Positions 28,963 to 38,894 of a stretch of DNA of 64,000 nt are shown piece by piece. The stretch's first letter is position 1. Each line of letters opens with the position of its first letter. The DNA comes from Stellaceae bacterium. Its GTDB lineage: Bacteria > Pseudomonadota > Alphaproteobacteria > ATCC43930 > CGMCC-115725. Below the pieces are notes generated by a model. That model ran no database searches, was not told the origin of the DNA, and was given only the letters and a program-made list of their open reading frames with translations. The position numbers were made by a program, and so were the translations under genes. The stretch is taken from assembly GCA_035541215.1 (NCBI GenBank), contig DATKNV010000013.1, positions 8,315 through 72,314 of the forward strand. The letters are read 5' to 3'.

Positions 28963-30366
28963 TCAGTAGGCCAGTTTCACGGCGAAGAGCGCTTGGAGGC
29001 GGTTATAGCCGCTGTTGGCCACGTTCGAGTTGCGCTGGCTGTAATTGAGGTCCGCAGTGGCGGTCCAGCGTCGGCTCAGCAGGTATTTGACGCCCGCATC
29101 GACGCCGAAGGTTCCATCGACGCGGGGATTGCCTTGGTAGGCGTCGTGCACGTAGCCGACGGAGCCAAGCAAGAGCAGGTTTCGCAGCAATTCGTGCTGG
29201 ACCGTCAATTGAGCGCCCGTCTCGAGCGAGCTCGACGCGGCCGGGTTCTCGAGCGTGGTCTCCGCGACGGACTCCGAGAACGACCCGATGACGGACGTAA
29301 GCGGGGTCGCATTCCAGATCAAGTTGCCGCCGAAGGAGATGCCGCTGGGCGACTTGAGAAGCGGATTCTCGTAATGCTGCCGCAGATAGCCCACATAAAC
29401 TTCGCCGGCCAGGATGCGCGTGATCTCGATCGCGGTACCGGCGTCGACCTCCCAGCCATGCGAGTTTCGCCGAATACCCTGCGAGGCAGGCGTGCAGGGG
29501 CTGGGCGTGCATTCCTGGCTGAAGTACTGCCGCTCGTTGCCGACCAGGCGAATGAAGGCGTTGTAGCCCGGCTGGATTTCGTATTGCAGGCGCGGTGCGA
29601 TCACGTACTCGTTGCGATCGCGGAATTGCTGATTGATCGTCGCGCCGGTGACGCCGTTCACGGCATTGTTGAAATCGTAGGACGTGAAGGTGGTGTCGAC
29701 ACGCAGCCCGAGCACGCCGACCATGTGCACGTAGGAGAGGTCCGCCCCCATGACCACGTATTGCGTGGGGTTCTTGCCGAAGACCGCGTTCGGAGAGGAG
29801 CGGTCCTCGTGCTGGAGCTGATAGAGCGCGTCGGCCGCGAAATACTCCCCGTTCGAGATGTCGTAGCGACCGCCCACATCGGTCGAGAAGTTGTTCACGT
29901 TCTCCGTCGTGTGGGTGGCGTATTGGCGAAAGTCGCCGCCGACGGTGGCCCCGAGCGCGTGCCTGCTCCAATCCGACTTTATGCCCACGGCCGGTATCTC
30001 GTGGACGAAGAAGTCGCTCAGCGCGCCGGTCTCGGTCGCAAAGATATTGCTGTCGTAAGTGCCCGCGAGCGAGAGGCTCGGGTTGACGATGAAGGATCCC
30101 CACCGAATTCCCAGCGGGTCGTAATCGGGCCGAGCGCGATTGAATACCGTCTCGCTCCGGGGCCCGACGGCCGCTGGTTCCAATGAATTGCCCGGCCAAG
30201 CCGGGAAGGGGCCGACTACCGGGGTCTGGGCGACGGCCATGCCGCCGGTCAGTGCGAGCGCCAACGCCCCGGCCGCGGCGACCAGGCTTCGTGCTCGTGG
30301 CCAGCCCCTTCTACGAGGATATGCGTTCCGGCTGCGCGTAAGGAAGCTGGGCCGAGTATGTGCCAT
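28963..30366 (-). CDS. outer-membrane beta-barrel protein of EPS loci (BBP2-like)
   Basis: Signal peptide (AAAGALALALTGGMAVAQ), alternating beta-strand pattern, and a C-terminal ...FAVKLAY aromatic end. Start uncertain (30366 or 30426). Confidence 0.7.
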   Translation of the reverse strand: MAHTRPSFLTRSRNAYPRRRGWPRARSLVAAAGALALALTGGMAVAQTPVVGPFPAWPGNSLEPAAVGPRSETVFNRARPDYDPLGIRWGSFIVNPSLSLAGTYDSNIFATETGALSDFFVHEIPAVGIKSDWSRHALGATVGGDFRQYATHTTENVNNFSTDVGGRYDISNGEYFAADALYQLQHEDRSSPNAVFGKNPTQYVVMGADLSYVHMVGVLGLRVDTTFTSYDFNNAVNGVTGATINQQFRDRNEYVIAPRLQYEIQPGYNAFIRLVGNERQYFSQECTPSPCTPASQGIRRNSHGWEVDAGTAIEITRILAGEVYVGYLRQHYENPLLKSPSGISFGGNLIWNATPLTSVIGSFSESVAETTLENPAASSSLETGAQLTVQHELLRNLLLLGSVGYVHDAYQGNPRVDGTFGVDAGVKYLLSRRWTATADLNYSQRNSNVANSGYNRLQALFAVKLAY

Positions 30367-30511
30367 TGCTGCCAGGCGCGCCGAGGGAGAAGGCGCAGTA
30401 GCAGCCGTCGAACTCGCAATGTGCACGATAAATGCTCCCCGACCTCTCGACCCGACAATCCTCTAACCTCATGGTTAATACTATAACAACGAGGCGGATT
30501 GACCCGGCACT

Positions 30512-31057
30512 TTAGGGAGTCGTGGTCTGGCTCGAGGGTGGATCGGTGTGCGGGGCCACCAGCGGTGCCCCGATATTCGACCGCCCGCCGGTACCGAGGT
30601 TAGGACCGGGATTGAAAGCCAACTGGGTGATCGCACTCGTGATCTGAGCGCCTGCCTCGGGAACGGCATTCTCGAGGGCGGCGACGATTCCTGGCGCAGC
30701 ATTTTCTTGCTGCCCCGGGGGTAAGGCTTCGATGACCGCGATGAGAATGGCCGCCACCTGGGTCGGCGAGGCAGAAGCCGCGGTCGCCGCGACGTCCGCG
30801 GCGTCGCCTGGGCAGCGGCTCACCGCAAGACCGGCGATATCGCCCGCGAGATCCTGATGCGCGGCGACCTGCTGCTTGACCACGGCATCGAGCGCGGCGG
30901 AATCGCAACTCGACTGAGTGATCGCGCTGACGACGTCTTGCGGAAGCGGTTGCGGCGTCTCCTGCGCCTGGGCAACTTGCGCGGCATGACTAATGGAGGC
31001 ACCGAGCATCACACCGGTACCGATGACTAAGGCCGCGAGCGCCCGGGAGCCGAACAT
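30512..31057 (-). CDS. secreted hypothetical protein (Ala-rich)
   Basis: Signal peptide ALAALVIGTGVMLGASISHAAQ. GGAGG lies 7 nt before the ATG at 31057. No family recognised. Confidence 0.55.
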   Translation of the reverse strand: MFGSRALAALVIGTGVMLGASISHAAQVAQAQETPQPLPQDVVSAITQSSCDSAALDAVVKQQVAAHQDLAGDIAGLAVSRCPGDAADVAATAASASPTQVAAILIAVIEALPPGQQENAAPGIVAALENAVPEAGAQITSAITQLAFNPGPNLGTGGRSNIGAPLVAPHTDPPSSQTTTP

Positions 31058-31160
31058 CAAGGTACCTCCGTGAGCCGGGGATCAAATCGATGGAGAAACT
31101 TTGTGCAAAAATACAGTCAAGGCGCGATCTCGCGCCATCGCCCAAAAAGGGCGTCCGAGT

Positions 31161-31187
31161 GAATATAAAACCGCCTCATGAGGGCGG
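31161..31187 (-). terminator. rho-independent terminator candidate downstream of the metallophosphoesterase gene
   Basis: The minus-strand RNA reads CCGCC-CUCAUGA-GGCGG followed by UUUUAUAUU. A second palindrome, GGCGCGA/TCGCGCC, lies at 31121..31136. Confidence 0.45.
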
Positions 31188-31257
31188 AGAAATTTACTAT
31201 GATCAAAGCCTTAACGGCATGGCCCGGCGCGGGCAGCGCTTCTGCGCTCCCGCCGCA

Positions 31258-32010
31258 TCAGAGGAACCGGATTTCATCCCCTTCGAGGACGAGGCAGGTT
31301 AGCCTGCCGGTCGCGTAGGCCCCCGTATCGATCCCAATTCGGTTCGGCAGGATTTCCGGCTCGGTCCCGAAGGAATGGCCGTGGACGATCACCTTGCCAT
31401 GGAAAGCGGTCGATTCCAGGAATTCCCTGCGGATCCATATGAGGTCGGCATCGTTTTGGCGCTCGAGCGGAACGCCTGGGCGGACCCCGGCATGCACGAA
31501 CATGTAATCGCCGACGACGATGGAACGAGGAAGGCCCGCTAGGAACCTGCGGTGCACCTCGGGGAGCCTCTGGCGGAGCCTCTGCTGTGCGGCAAGCAGT
31601 CGCTCCTCGTACCGGCCGGTCCCGGCGCTGGCGACCCCGTAGCTCAGCAGCGTCTCGAGCCCGCCAAACGCAAGCCACTCCGGACCGCAGGCAGCGTCGT
31701 CCAAGAATTGCAGGAGCATCGCCTCGTGATTGCCGAGGAGATGCGTCGCCGTGACCCCCGCCAGCGGGCGGGATAGCAGCATCTCCACGACCTCCCGGCT
31801 CGAGGGACCGCGATCGATGTAGTCGCCGAGATAGATGACGTGCTTGCGCGGCTGCGGGGCTCGACTTGCGTCTGCCTCGATCCTCGCATGCAGCGCCGCC
31901 AATAGATCCGCGCGGCCGTGCACGTCGCCGATTGCATAGACCCTGAGGTCGCGCGGCAGGGCTGCCGCTCTCCGCTCCCGCCTTCTCGATGCCGCGAAGA
32001 AGCGAAACAT
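31258..32010 (-). CDS. metallophosphoesterase (PrpA/ApaH-like Ser/Thr phosphatase family)
   Basis: GDVHGR ... GDYIDRGP ... GNHE ... VHGH motif series. ATG at 32010. Confidence 0.85.
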   Translation of the reverse strand: MFRFFAASRRRERRAAALPRDLRVYAIGDVHGRADLLAALHARIEADASRAPQPRKHVIYLGDYIDRGPSSREVVEMLLSRPLAGVTATHLLGNHEAMLLQFLDDAACGPEWLAFGGLETLLSYGVASAGTGRYEERLLAAQQRLRQRLPEVHRRFLAGLPRSIVVGDYMFVHAGVRPGVPLERQNDADLIWIRREFLESTAFHGKVIVHGHSFGTEPEILPNRIGIDTGAYATGRLTCLVLEGDEIRFL

Positions 32011-32260
32011 CGGCCTATCCCGCCCCCTGCGCGTTCCCACGACGAGCCCGCGCAGACGCCGGCCTCGGCTCGCCGCAGCCGTGCCTCGACGACACCTCCT
32101 CGCGTCGCGCATCGGGCCGAACGGAGGCGCTTCGACCCAATTGAGCGCCTCCATGAACCGGCAGCCGATTCGGCCCGTCTAATGCAATGCGCAGGGGCGG
32201 GAGGACGCAGCGCCGACCGCCCCCGTGACGCGAAGAAGAAGAAGAACCTTGAGGGGCGCG

Positions 32261-32872
32261 ATGAGGTCCGGACTTTGCCTTGCCGCCGTCGCGCTGAGCG
32301 CCATTGGCTTCGCGGTTTTCGACCCCGCCTCGGCGGGGACGCGCATGGAGACCGCCGCCCCCGCGGTGCCGCCGGCGGGGTTTCTCGGCTTCTGCCTCAA
32401 GCACCTCCCGGATTGCACGGGCAGGACGAGCGGCGGCGGAGTCGAGCTCACGCCCGAGCGGCTGCGTCTGCTGCAGTCCGTGCAGGCCCAGGTCAACGCC
32501 GCCATAGCGCCGTGCGAGGATCCCACGCACAGCTGGGACTATCCGACCGATGGGACCGGCGATTGCAACAGATACGCTCTGGAGAAACGACGAGAGCTCA
32601 TCGAGCGCGGCTGGCCCCGAGGGTCTGCGTTGCTGGCGACGGCGATCACCGAGACCGGCGAAGACCATCTGGTCGTCGTCGCCAGGACCGATCGCGGAGA
32701 CCTCGTCCTGGACAATCGCGTGGCGCCCGTCGTGGATTGGGCGGAATTGCCGTATCGGTGGATATCGATTCAAAGTGACCGGAGCCCGGTCCAGTGGCTC
32801 AGCGTCGTCAGCAGCCCGGCGGCCGCCGGCGGAACGTCGACACCGCGCCGCGCGCCATCCGCGGCTCGCTAG
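32261..32872 (+). CDS. bacterial transglutaminase-like cysteine proteinase (BTLCP, LapG-like family)
   Basis: Signal peptide, then GDCNRYA (Cys), EDHLVVV (His) and LVLDN (Asp) in BTLCP order. Confidence 0.8.
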   Translation: MRSGLCLAAVALSAIGFAVFDPASAGTRMETAAPAVPPAGFLGFCLKHLPDCTGRTSGGGVELTPERLRLLQSVQAQVNAAIAPCEDPTHSWDYPTDGTGDCNRYALEKRRELIERGWPRGSALLATAITETGEDHLVVVARTDRGDLVLDNRVAPVVDWAELPYRWISIQSDRSPVQWLSVVSSPAAAGGTSTPRRAPSAAR

Positions 32873-32901
32873 TCGCACCTCGCCGGGAACGAGCGTCGGA
32901 T

Positions 32902-33489
32902 CTAGCTGCACGCGAGCCCTCCGCTCTGCAACCCGAGGCCGATCGCGCGAAAGAGCGTTTCCGCGTGGAGTTGGCGCCCGTGAAACACGACGAGCACCAG
33001 CGCTGCCGCGAGGAGGAGTGTGCTGACGGGCAGACCGGCTCGTGACCTCGGAAAATTGCGCAAGGTCAGCACCGCGAGCGCGCCCGCCCCGATCAGGAGA
33101 CCGAAAGCCACCTCGGTGAAGGTATGGCTGCTCAGGAGGACGCGCGATGCCGCGATCCCCGCAACCCCTGCGATTGCAGCGAGGACGATCGCAAGGCGAC
33201 GCCAGCCCTCTGTCTCCGCTGCGGCGAGGAGCGCGAGGCTGCCGTAAATCAGCGTGCTCAGGCTGGTGTGGCCGCTCGGACTATGGAGCGTATGGGCCGG
33301 CGGGCAGACGAAGAACGCGACCTTCAGCAGCGCGGTCCCACCCATGCAGAATCCCGCGGCCATCGCCCAGCACAGCGCGTCCTGCCTCGTGCGCGCAAAG
33401 CGCAGCCACAACAGGACCAAGACCGTCAGCGGAAGGAGCACCGCCAGATCGCCGAAATCCGTGAGTGCTATGAGGGCGTCTTGGGCCAT
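32902..33489 (-). CDS. PAP2-family membrane phosphatase
   Basis: Polytopic, with PSGH and SRVLLSSHTFTEV motifs (acid phosphatase motifs 2 and 3). Confidence 0.75.
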   Translation of the reverse strand: MAQDALIALTDFGDLAVLLPLTVLVLLWLRFARTRQDALCWAMAAGFCMGGTALLKVAFFVCPPAHTLHSPSGHTSLSTLIYGSLALLAAAETEGWRRLAIVLAAIAGVAGIAASRVLLSSHTFTEVAFGLLIGAGALAVLTLRNFPRSRAGLPVSTLLLAAALVLVVFHGRQLHAETLFRAIGLGLQSGGLACS

Positions 33490-33511
33490 GATGTCCCGCG
33501 CGCTTCGGGTC

Positions 33512-34780
33512 TCAGAGTGGATTACCCTGCGCTCGCAGGCCCGCCTGCGCCGCCTTGCCGCTCAACGAGGCGAGCCGCGCCTCCAGCTCCTGCAGGATCG
33601 TCTCGGAGTGCATCGACTTCCTTGCGAGCCGTGCCGCAGCCTCCCCCATCGCCCGGCGCCGTCCCGGGTCCGCCGCCAAATCGCGGATCGCAGCCGCGAG
33701 CGGCACGGGATCCTCGGGCGGAGTGACGACACCGGCCTCGACGAGCGCGCGGTCGAGCTCCGACTCGCGCGGAGCCATCGCGATGACCGGCCGGCCCGAG
33801 GCCAGCATGGCCAGGAGCTTGGAGGGCATGACGAGATCGCTCGCCTCGCGCCGCTGCGGCAGCAGGTGAATATCCGCGACGTTGAGGAACTCGTTGAACC
33901 GCGCCGCCGGCTGCAGCGGCAGGAACCTGACGTTCCCGAGCTCTCGCGCGGAGGCTTCGAGCTCCGCGCGCGCGGGCCCCGCGCCCGCCAATAGGAAGAG
34001 CGGTGAGCTCTCGCCGCTGCCCACGAGCGACCGCGCCGCCGCTATCACGTGCTCGAGCCCTTGCTTGCGACCCATGCTTCCGGAATAGAGGACACAGCAG
34101 CGATCCTCGGGAATGCCGAGCTCGCGCCGGAGCGCCACCGGGCACGAGAGCGGCTTGAAGGCGTCGGTGTCGACCCAGTTCGGGAACAGGAGGAGACGCT
34201 CGCGCGGCACGCCCTTGCGCTCGATCGCCTCGAGCATGCGCGAGGAGATCGTGGAGACGCGATCGAAGCGTCGCATCAGCCAGCGCTCGAGCCGGCGCCC
34301 GAGCGCGACGGCCGGGCGATTGCGGATGAATCCGAGCTCGAAGGCGGCATCGAGCTCGAGGTCGAGCACGTGCAGCCAGGCCTTCGCGCGCATGAGACGC
34401 GCAGCGAGCCACGCCGCGGGGGCCGAGAACTGCGTCGGGGCCATCACCATGACGACGTCGGCCCGGCCGCGCGGAATCTGCGCGAGGGCGGCGGGGATGC
34501 AGGAAAGGCCGAAGGACGAAAGATGCAGGATTCGCCGGAGCCCGGTCTGCCGGCGCGGCACGTAGAGCGGACAGCGGACGACGCGACAACCCTCCCAGGT
34601 CTCGGAACGCCAGGTCCAGCCGGCCCATCCCGGCCGCTTCCATTCGGGATAATAGGGGCGCGTCGTGACGACGGTGACGTCGTGGCCGCGCCGAGCGAGC
34701 CAAGCGGCCATCTCGCCGGTGTACTTGCCGATCCCCGTGAGCTCGGGCGCGAAGTTCAAGCCGATGATCAGCAGACGCAT
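33512..34780 (-). CDS. WcaI-like glycosyltransferase family 4
   Basis: MRLLIIGLNFAPELTGIGKYTGEM N-terminus is typical of WcaI-type GTs. ATG at 34780; the rest of the 1000-aa ORF is out-of-frame shadow. Confidence 0.85.
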   Translation of the reverse strand: MRLLIIGLNFAPELTGIGKYTGEMAAWLARRGHDVTVVTTRPYYPEWKRPGWAGWTWRSETWEGCRVVRCPLYVPRRQTGLRRILHLSSFGLSCIPAALAQIPRGRADVVMVMAPTQFSAPAAWLAARLMRAKAWLHVLDLELDAAFELGFIRNRPAVALGRRLERWLMRRFDRVSTISSRMLEAIERKGVPRERLLLFPNWVDTDAFKPLSCPVALRRELGIPEDRCCVLYSGSMGRKQGLEHVIAAARSLVGSGESSPLFLLAGAGPARAELEASARELGNVRFLPLQPAARFNEFLNVADIHLLPQRREASDLVMPSKLLAMLASGRPVIAMAPRESELDRALVEAGVVTPPEDPVPLAAAIRDLAADPGRRRAMGEAAARLARKSMHSETILQELEARLASLSGKAAQAGLRAQGNPL

Positions 34781-34818
34781 GCTCGCAATGCTCCCCAGCC
34801 CCTGTTCGAGCGCGGGAC

Positions 34819-36387
34819 TCAGTATGCGTTCTGCTGCCGCAGGACGACGATCGCGGTCATGAAGAGGACCTTTAGATCGAGCCAGATCGACCAGTTGTCG
34901 ATGTACCAGAGATCGTATTCGACGCGCTCCCGCGCGCGCTGTGGCGTGTCGATCTCGCCGCGCAAGCCGTGCACCTGAGCCCAGCCGGTCACACCCGGCT
35001 TCACGCGATGCCGCTGGAAATATTCGCCGACGGCCTCGTGATAGAGCCGGTCGCCGGCCTTCATCGCCATTACGTGCGGCCGCGGCCCCACCAGCGACAT
35101 GTCGCCGAGCATGACGTTGAGGAGCTGGGGAAGCTCGTCGATGCTCAGGCGGCGGAGAATGCGGCCCACCCGCGTCACCCGGAGATCGCCGGGCACCGTC
35201 CGATTGGCGCCGCTCGCGTCGGTCTCGCCCTCGCGCATCGTCCGGAACTTGAAGACGCGGATGACGTTGTTGTTGAAGCCGAAGCGCTCCTGAACGAAGA
35301 ACGCTGGCCCCTTGCTGTCGAGCCGGATCGCCACCGCGACGAGCGCCATCAGCGGCGCGGTCAAGGCCAGGAGGAAGGCGGCGAGGACCTTGTCCTCGAC
35401 CCATTTCGCGACGCCGCTCCAGTGCTTGAGCGGGCGGTCGACGATCTCGATCATCCGCACCGACGCGGTCTCGCTGATGCCGCGCATCGGGAAGACGCCC
35501 GCGATGGGATCGAGGCTGAGGCGGAGATCCACCGGGAGCGGGCGAAGCTTGGCGACGAGCTCGCCGATCCGCGCCTCCGCCCGGAGTGGCAGCGCGATGA
35601 CGACCTCGTCGATCAGCGACTGACGCACCTGCGCGACGAGATCGTCGGTGGTTCCGACGACTGGATAGCCCGCGACTTCCGACGGCACGCGCGTCATCCG
35701 GTCGTCGAAGATGCCGGCGATCCTGATCTGGGCGTCGTTGACCGATCGAATCTTGGCGACGATTTGCTGACCCAGCTCGCCCGCTCCGACGACGGCGATC
35801 GCGCGCGTGAGCCGGCCCGTCCGGGTCCAGTAGTCGATCATCAGGCTCGCGCCGATTCGCACCATGGTGAGCGCGGCGAAGCAGACCAACGCAAAGAGCA
35901 GGGTCCAGACGCGGGAGTAGTTCTGCACCACCCGCGCGGCGAAGCCCACGCTCGTCAGCACCGAGAGCGTGCCGCCCCAGACCAATGCGACCCTGCCGAC
36001 TTGCCAGGCCAAAGGGGAGAGACGCTGAATCCTGTAGCCGCCGAACCTCCGATGGGCATAGACGAAGCCGCCCGCCGCGAGAACGATGGCGACCAAATAA
36101 AGCTCGTAGAACGTGACGCCGGAGCCGAGCGCCTGGACGAAGAGCTCGAGCGAGCCGAGACCGCCGATGAGGATCGCCAGCGCGTCCGCGACTTGAACCG
36201 TCCCGCAGATCACCTCCGCCGAGACCGATGCCCGCGCGGCGCTGCGCGCCGGGCTCGCCGCCGTTTCCGCGCTTCCCGTGGCCGGCGTCGCCTGCGTTCG
36301 GCGGCCGCGGACGCGCGGCGGCGCGGCGAGGCCGAACTCGCGCTCGCTCCATTGATGATCGCCCGGGGGTTGGGGGATCGCGGTCAT
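34819..36387 (-). CDS. polyprenyl-phosphate glycosyl-1-phosphate transferase (WcaJ/ExoY-type priming enzyme)
   Basis: N-terminal TM helices, central Rossmann-like region, and the C-terminal bacterial sugar transferase domain (RPLKHW...ERFGFNN..F.V.KFRTM...DELPQL.NV..GDMSLVGPRP). Confidence 0.9.
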   Translation of the reverse strand: MTAIPQPPGDHQWSEREFGLAAPPRVRGRRTQATPATGSAETAASPARSAARASVSAEVICGTVQVADALAILIGGLGSLELFVQALGSGVTFYELYLVAIVLAAGGFVYAHRRFGGYRIQRLSPLAWQVGRVALVWGGTLSVLTSVGFAARVVQNYSRVWTLLFALVCFAALTMVRIGASLMIDYWTRTGRLTRAIAVVGAGELGQQIVAKIRSVNDAQIRIAGIFDDRMTRVPSEVAGYPVVGTTDDLVAQVRQSLIDEVVIALPLRAEARIGELVAKLRPLPVDLRLSLDPIAGVFPMRGISETASVRMIEIVDRPLKHWSGVAKWVEDKVLAAFLLALTAPLMALVAVAIRLDSKGPAFFVQERFGFNNNVIRVFKFRTMREGETDASGANRTVPGDLRVTRVGRILRRLSIDELPQLLNVMLGDMSLVGPRPHVMAMKAGDRLYHEAVGEYFQRHRVKPGVTGWAQVHGLRGEIDTPQRARERVEYDLWYIDNWSIWLDLKVLFMTAIVVLRQQNAY

Positions 36388-36992
36388 CGACGTGGGCTCG
36401 ATTGGGCTCCCCGATGCGTGCGCCAAAGCGACGCGTCTTGCCGGCCGCCCCCCAACTCGCCGACGGAGGAACCGGCTTCGAGCCAACGGAGGTTCCGGCG
36501 AAGCGTCGCCGCACAGATTGCCCACTATTGTGGAAAATTCTTTAAACGGCCTATCCGTACAAAAGAGGCAGATGCCCGCACAGCACGCGGCGCGGGCCTT
36601 GAGCTCGTCCAAAGGAAGTGGGAGCCGGCCCTCCCCGGTGTCGATCCGGCCGTCGCAGATCCCTTCAATTGCGCGATTTTCAGCGTGAATTTCCTGAGAG
36701 TGGCGCGGACCGGTGTCGGTCTTCTGGACCCCGCGAGGTCGGGATCGTGGTTAAGGGACTAGTCAGAAATGGAGAGCTATTGCCCATGCGCCGGATCGTC
36801 GCATCTCCTCGAAATGATGGGCTCCGGTCGCGCCGCGTCCGATGCGCTCCTCTACGGATTTCCGAAGGAGCGCTTCGCGAAGCCGCGCAAGAGCCTTCGC
36901 GGGCTCGCGGCACGGGGGGGTGCGGCTTCTCGCGGGCCGGCCGAAAGACCTCGTCCGGGCCATCACGAGCTTCTTCGGCCTTTGATACGCGC

Positions 36993-38894
36993 TCAGCTCA
37001 GCTCCACCGTCTTCACGTCGAAGAGCGCAACCCAGTCCTCGACGTCCGCGATCATCATGGCGCCGGCCCCGTAGATCTCCTCCACCAGCCGCTCCGTGCT
37101 CAGCGGGCCCGCGAGCGGCAGGTGAGAAAGCCGCTCCGCGATCTGCCGAAGGCGCCGGTGCAGGCGCTCGGAATTCTTCGCGACGATCTCGAATTCCGCC
37201 TGGGCGCGGAGCGCAAAGGCCGCGGCCGAGAGCGCGGGCAGCGCCACTCCGAGGACGGCGAGCGCCTCGATCGCGCGATGCGCGACGGAGCACGCGGATT
37301 GATCGGCGGCGAAGACGAGGAGCGCGATCTTCGTGAGCGCGGCGAGGAAGGTGCCGGCGAAGCAGAGGAGACCGAGCGTTCCTAGTCGGCGCGCGACGGT
37401 GCCGGCGCGCGATGCGTTGAGCTCGTGAAACTCGATCTGCTCCGCGAGCAGCCCATCGACGTAGCGCCCGCGCACCGAGCGCAGGTACTCTGCCTCGTAG
37501 CGGGCGGCGGGGACGCCGATCTCGCGCACCGCGGCGCTGAAGTACCAAAGCACCCAATCCTGCCGCCGCGCGGTGCGGGCCCCGTGCGTCGAGAGGATCG
37601 CCGCGCGGTTGATCGGCAGCGTCCGCCCCAGCAGGACCAGATAGGCCATCTGCCGCATGAGTTCCGCGAGGATGCGATAATCGATCCAGCGGTCGTGCCA
37701 GCGCCGGATGCGGTCCATGGCGACGAGCCCGCCGATCGCCGCGAGCGAGGCGATCTCGAGCAGCACGAAGGGCCAGCCGGGATCCACGGCGAAGGCGAGC
37801 CCGGCGCAAGTGAGCGCCGCCGCGCCCAGGACGAAGAGCGCGAGGAAGGTCGACCGGTGACAGTGCGAGTAGAAGAGCGCAACCGCGTCGGCGCGATCGC
37901 GGATGCGCTCATAGGCCGCGATCTTCTCGAGCTGCGGTGGCGTCAGCGCCTGGCGCACGGTGTAGGAGGGCGCGACGGCCGCGTGCCGCTGCGAGCCGCC
38001 GCGTGGGAGCGTGAAGAGCCTGCGGAAGCGCTCGAAGGCGAGCATCGGCCCCTTCGAGGGCCGCACCCGCTCGTCGTAGAACTGCTGCAGCGGCGAGCCC
38101 GCCTGGTAAGGAAGACGCCGCAGGCGCCCCCTGAGGCCGCGCCAGATGCCGACCGCCACGGTCTCGTCCTCGGGCAGCGCCGCAGGCGGCTCCAGCAAGG
38201 CCTTCAGGTGATCGGCCAGGTCGTCGAGCGCATCCGCGGTCGACGGCATCGGAAGCTCCAGCGCATCGCGCTCGACCAGCAGCCGCATCGCCGCGGGGGC
38301 GTCGGCCGGGATCCAAAGCACGGGAACGCCGGTCCGCAACGCGAAGGTCACGATGTCGGCGGTGCCGCCGAGCCCGGCCGGGCGGTCGCGCTGCCAGACC
38401 GCGATCACGACGTCGGCGCTCCGGACGACGAAGCGGCCCACCGCGTAATAGCTTTGGTCGCCCGTCGCCTTTCCGCGGCCGCCGTCGAGGGCGATCGTCC
38501 CCTCCTCCGCATCGGCACGCGCCAGCAGGCGCCGGAATTCCGTCTTGCTCTCCTCCGTCTCGAAATCCTTCTCGTATTCCGGCTGCGCGAAGGGCAGCGG
38601 CGCGAGCAGCCGGTATCCGAGCCGCGAGGCCTCCTCGGCGGCGAGGCGGTCGGCCCCCTCCGCAAGCGGCGAGATCATCCGCAGCAATGGCGGCTCCTCG
38701 CGATAGGCTCTGCTCTCGCGGTTCACTGCGGCGACCGCGTTGGCGGCATCGCGGATCGCCGCGAGCGCAACGGCGATCTGCGACCTTATTGCCGCGCCGT
38801 TCTCGGCGTAGGCCGTGAAGATGTCGCGATGGCCCGTGATCCCCACGCGGATCGCGATGCGCGGCCGCGGGTCCGGGCCGGCTCCTGCGCTCAA
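36993..38894 (-). CDS. SLOG-domain protein fused to two SLATT-like 2TM modules
   Basis: aa ~12-200 show a SLOG/YpsA-like pattern (IRVGITGHRD ... SPLAEGADRLAAEEA ... ADVVIAVW...GGTADIV). aa ~320-425 and ~445-600 each have two TM helices followed by helical motifs (W..W.DYR.LAE.MR; Q.EFHE...). Proposed TTG start at 38894 overlaps the upstream stop (TTGA); start uncertain. Confidence 0.7.
   Translation of the reverse strand: MSAGAGPDPRPRIAIRVGITGHRDIFTAYAENGAAIRSQIAVALAAIRDAANAVAAVNRESRAYREEPPLLRMISPLAEGADRLAAEEASRLGYRLLAPLPFAQPEYEKDFETEESKTEFRRLLARADAEEGTIALDGGRGKATGDQSYYAVGRFVVRSADVVIAVWQRDRPAGLGGTADIVTFALRTGVPVLWIPADAPAAMRLLVERDALELPMPSTADALDDLADHLKALLEPPAALPEDETVAVGIWRGLRGRLRRLPYQAGSPLQQFYDERVRPSKGPMLAFERFRRLFTLPRGGSQRHAAVAPSYTVRQALTPPQLEKIAAYERIRDRADAVALFYSHCHRSTFLALFVLGAAALTCAGLAFAVDPGWPFVLLEIASLAAIGGLVAMDRIRRWHDRWIDYRILAELMRQMAYLVLLGRTLPINRAAILSTHGARTARRQDWVLWYFSAAVREIGVPAARYEAEYLRSVRGRYVDGLLAEQIEFHELNASRAGTVARRLGTLGLLCFAGTFLAALTKIALLVFAADQSACSVAHRAIEALAVLGVALPALSAAAFALRAQAEFEIVAKNSERLHRRLRQIAERLSHLPLAGPLSTERLVEEIYGAGAMMIADVEDWVALFDVKTVELS

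Noticed and set aside
34781-36514. N-terminal 578 aa of the 1000-aa ORF 33512..36514
   Set aside because: This part overlaps the glycosylphosphotransferase gene in another frame and is Arg/Gly/Pro-rich. The real WcaI-like protein starts at MRLLIIGLNF (34780).
34969-36762. 597-aa ORF on the + strand
   Set aside because: Antisense shadow of the priming glycosylphosphotransferase gene.
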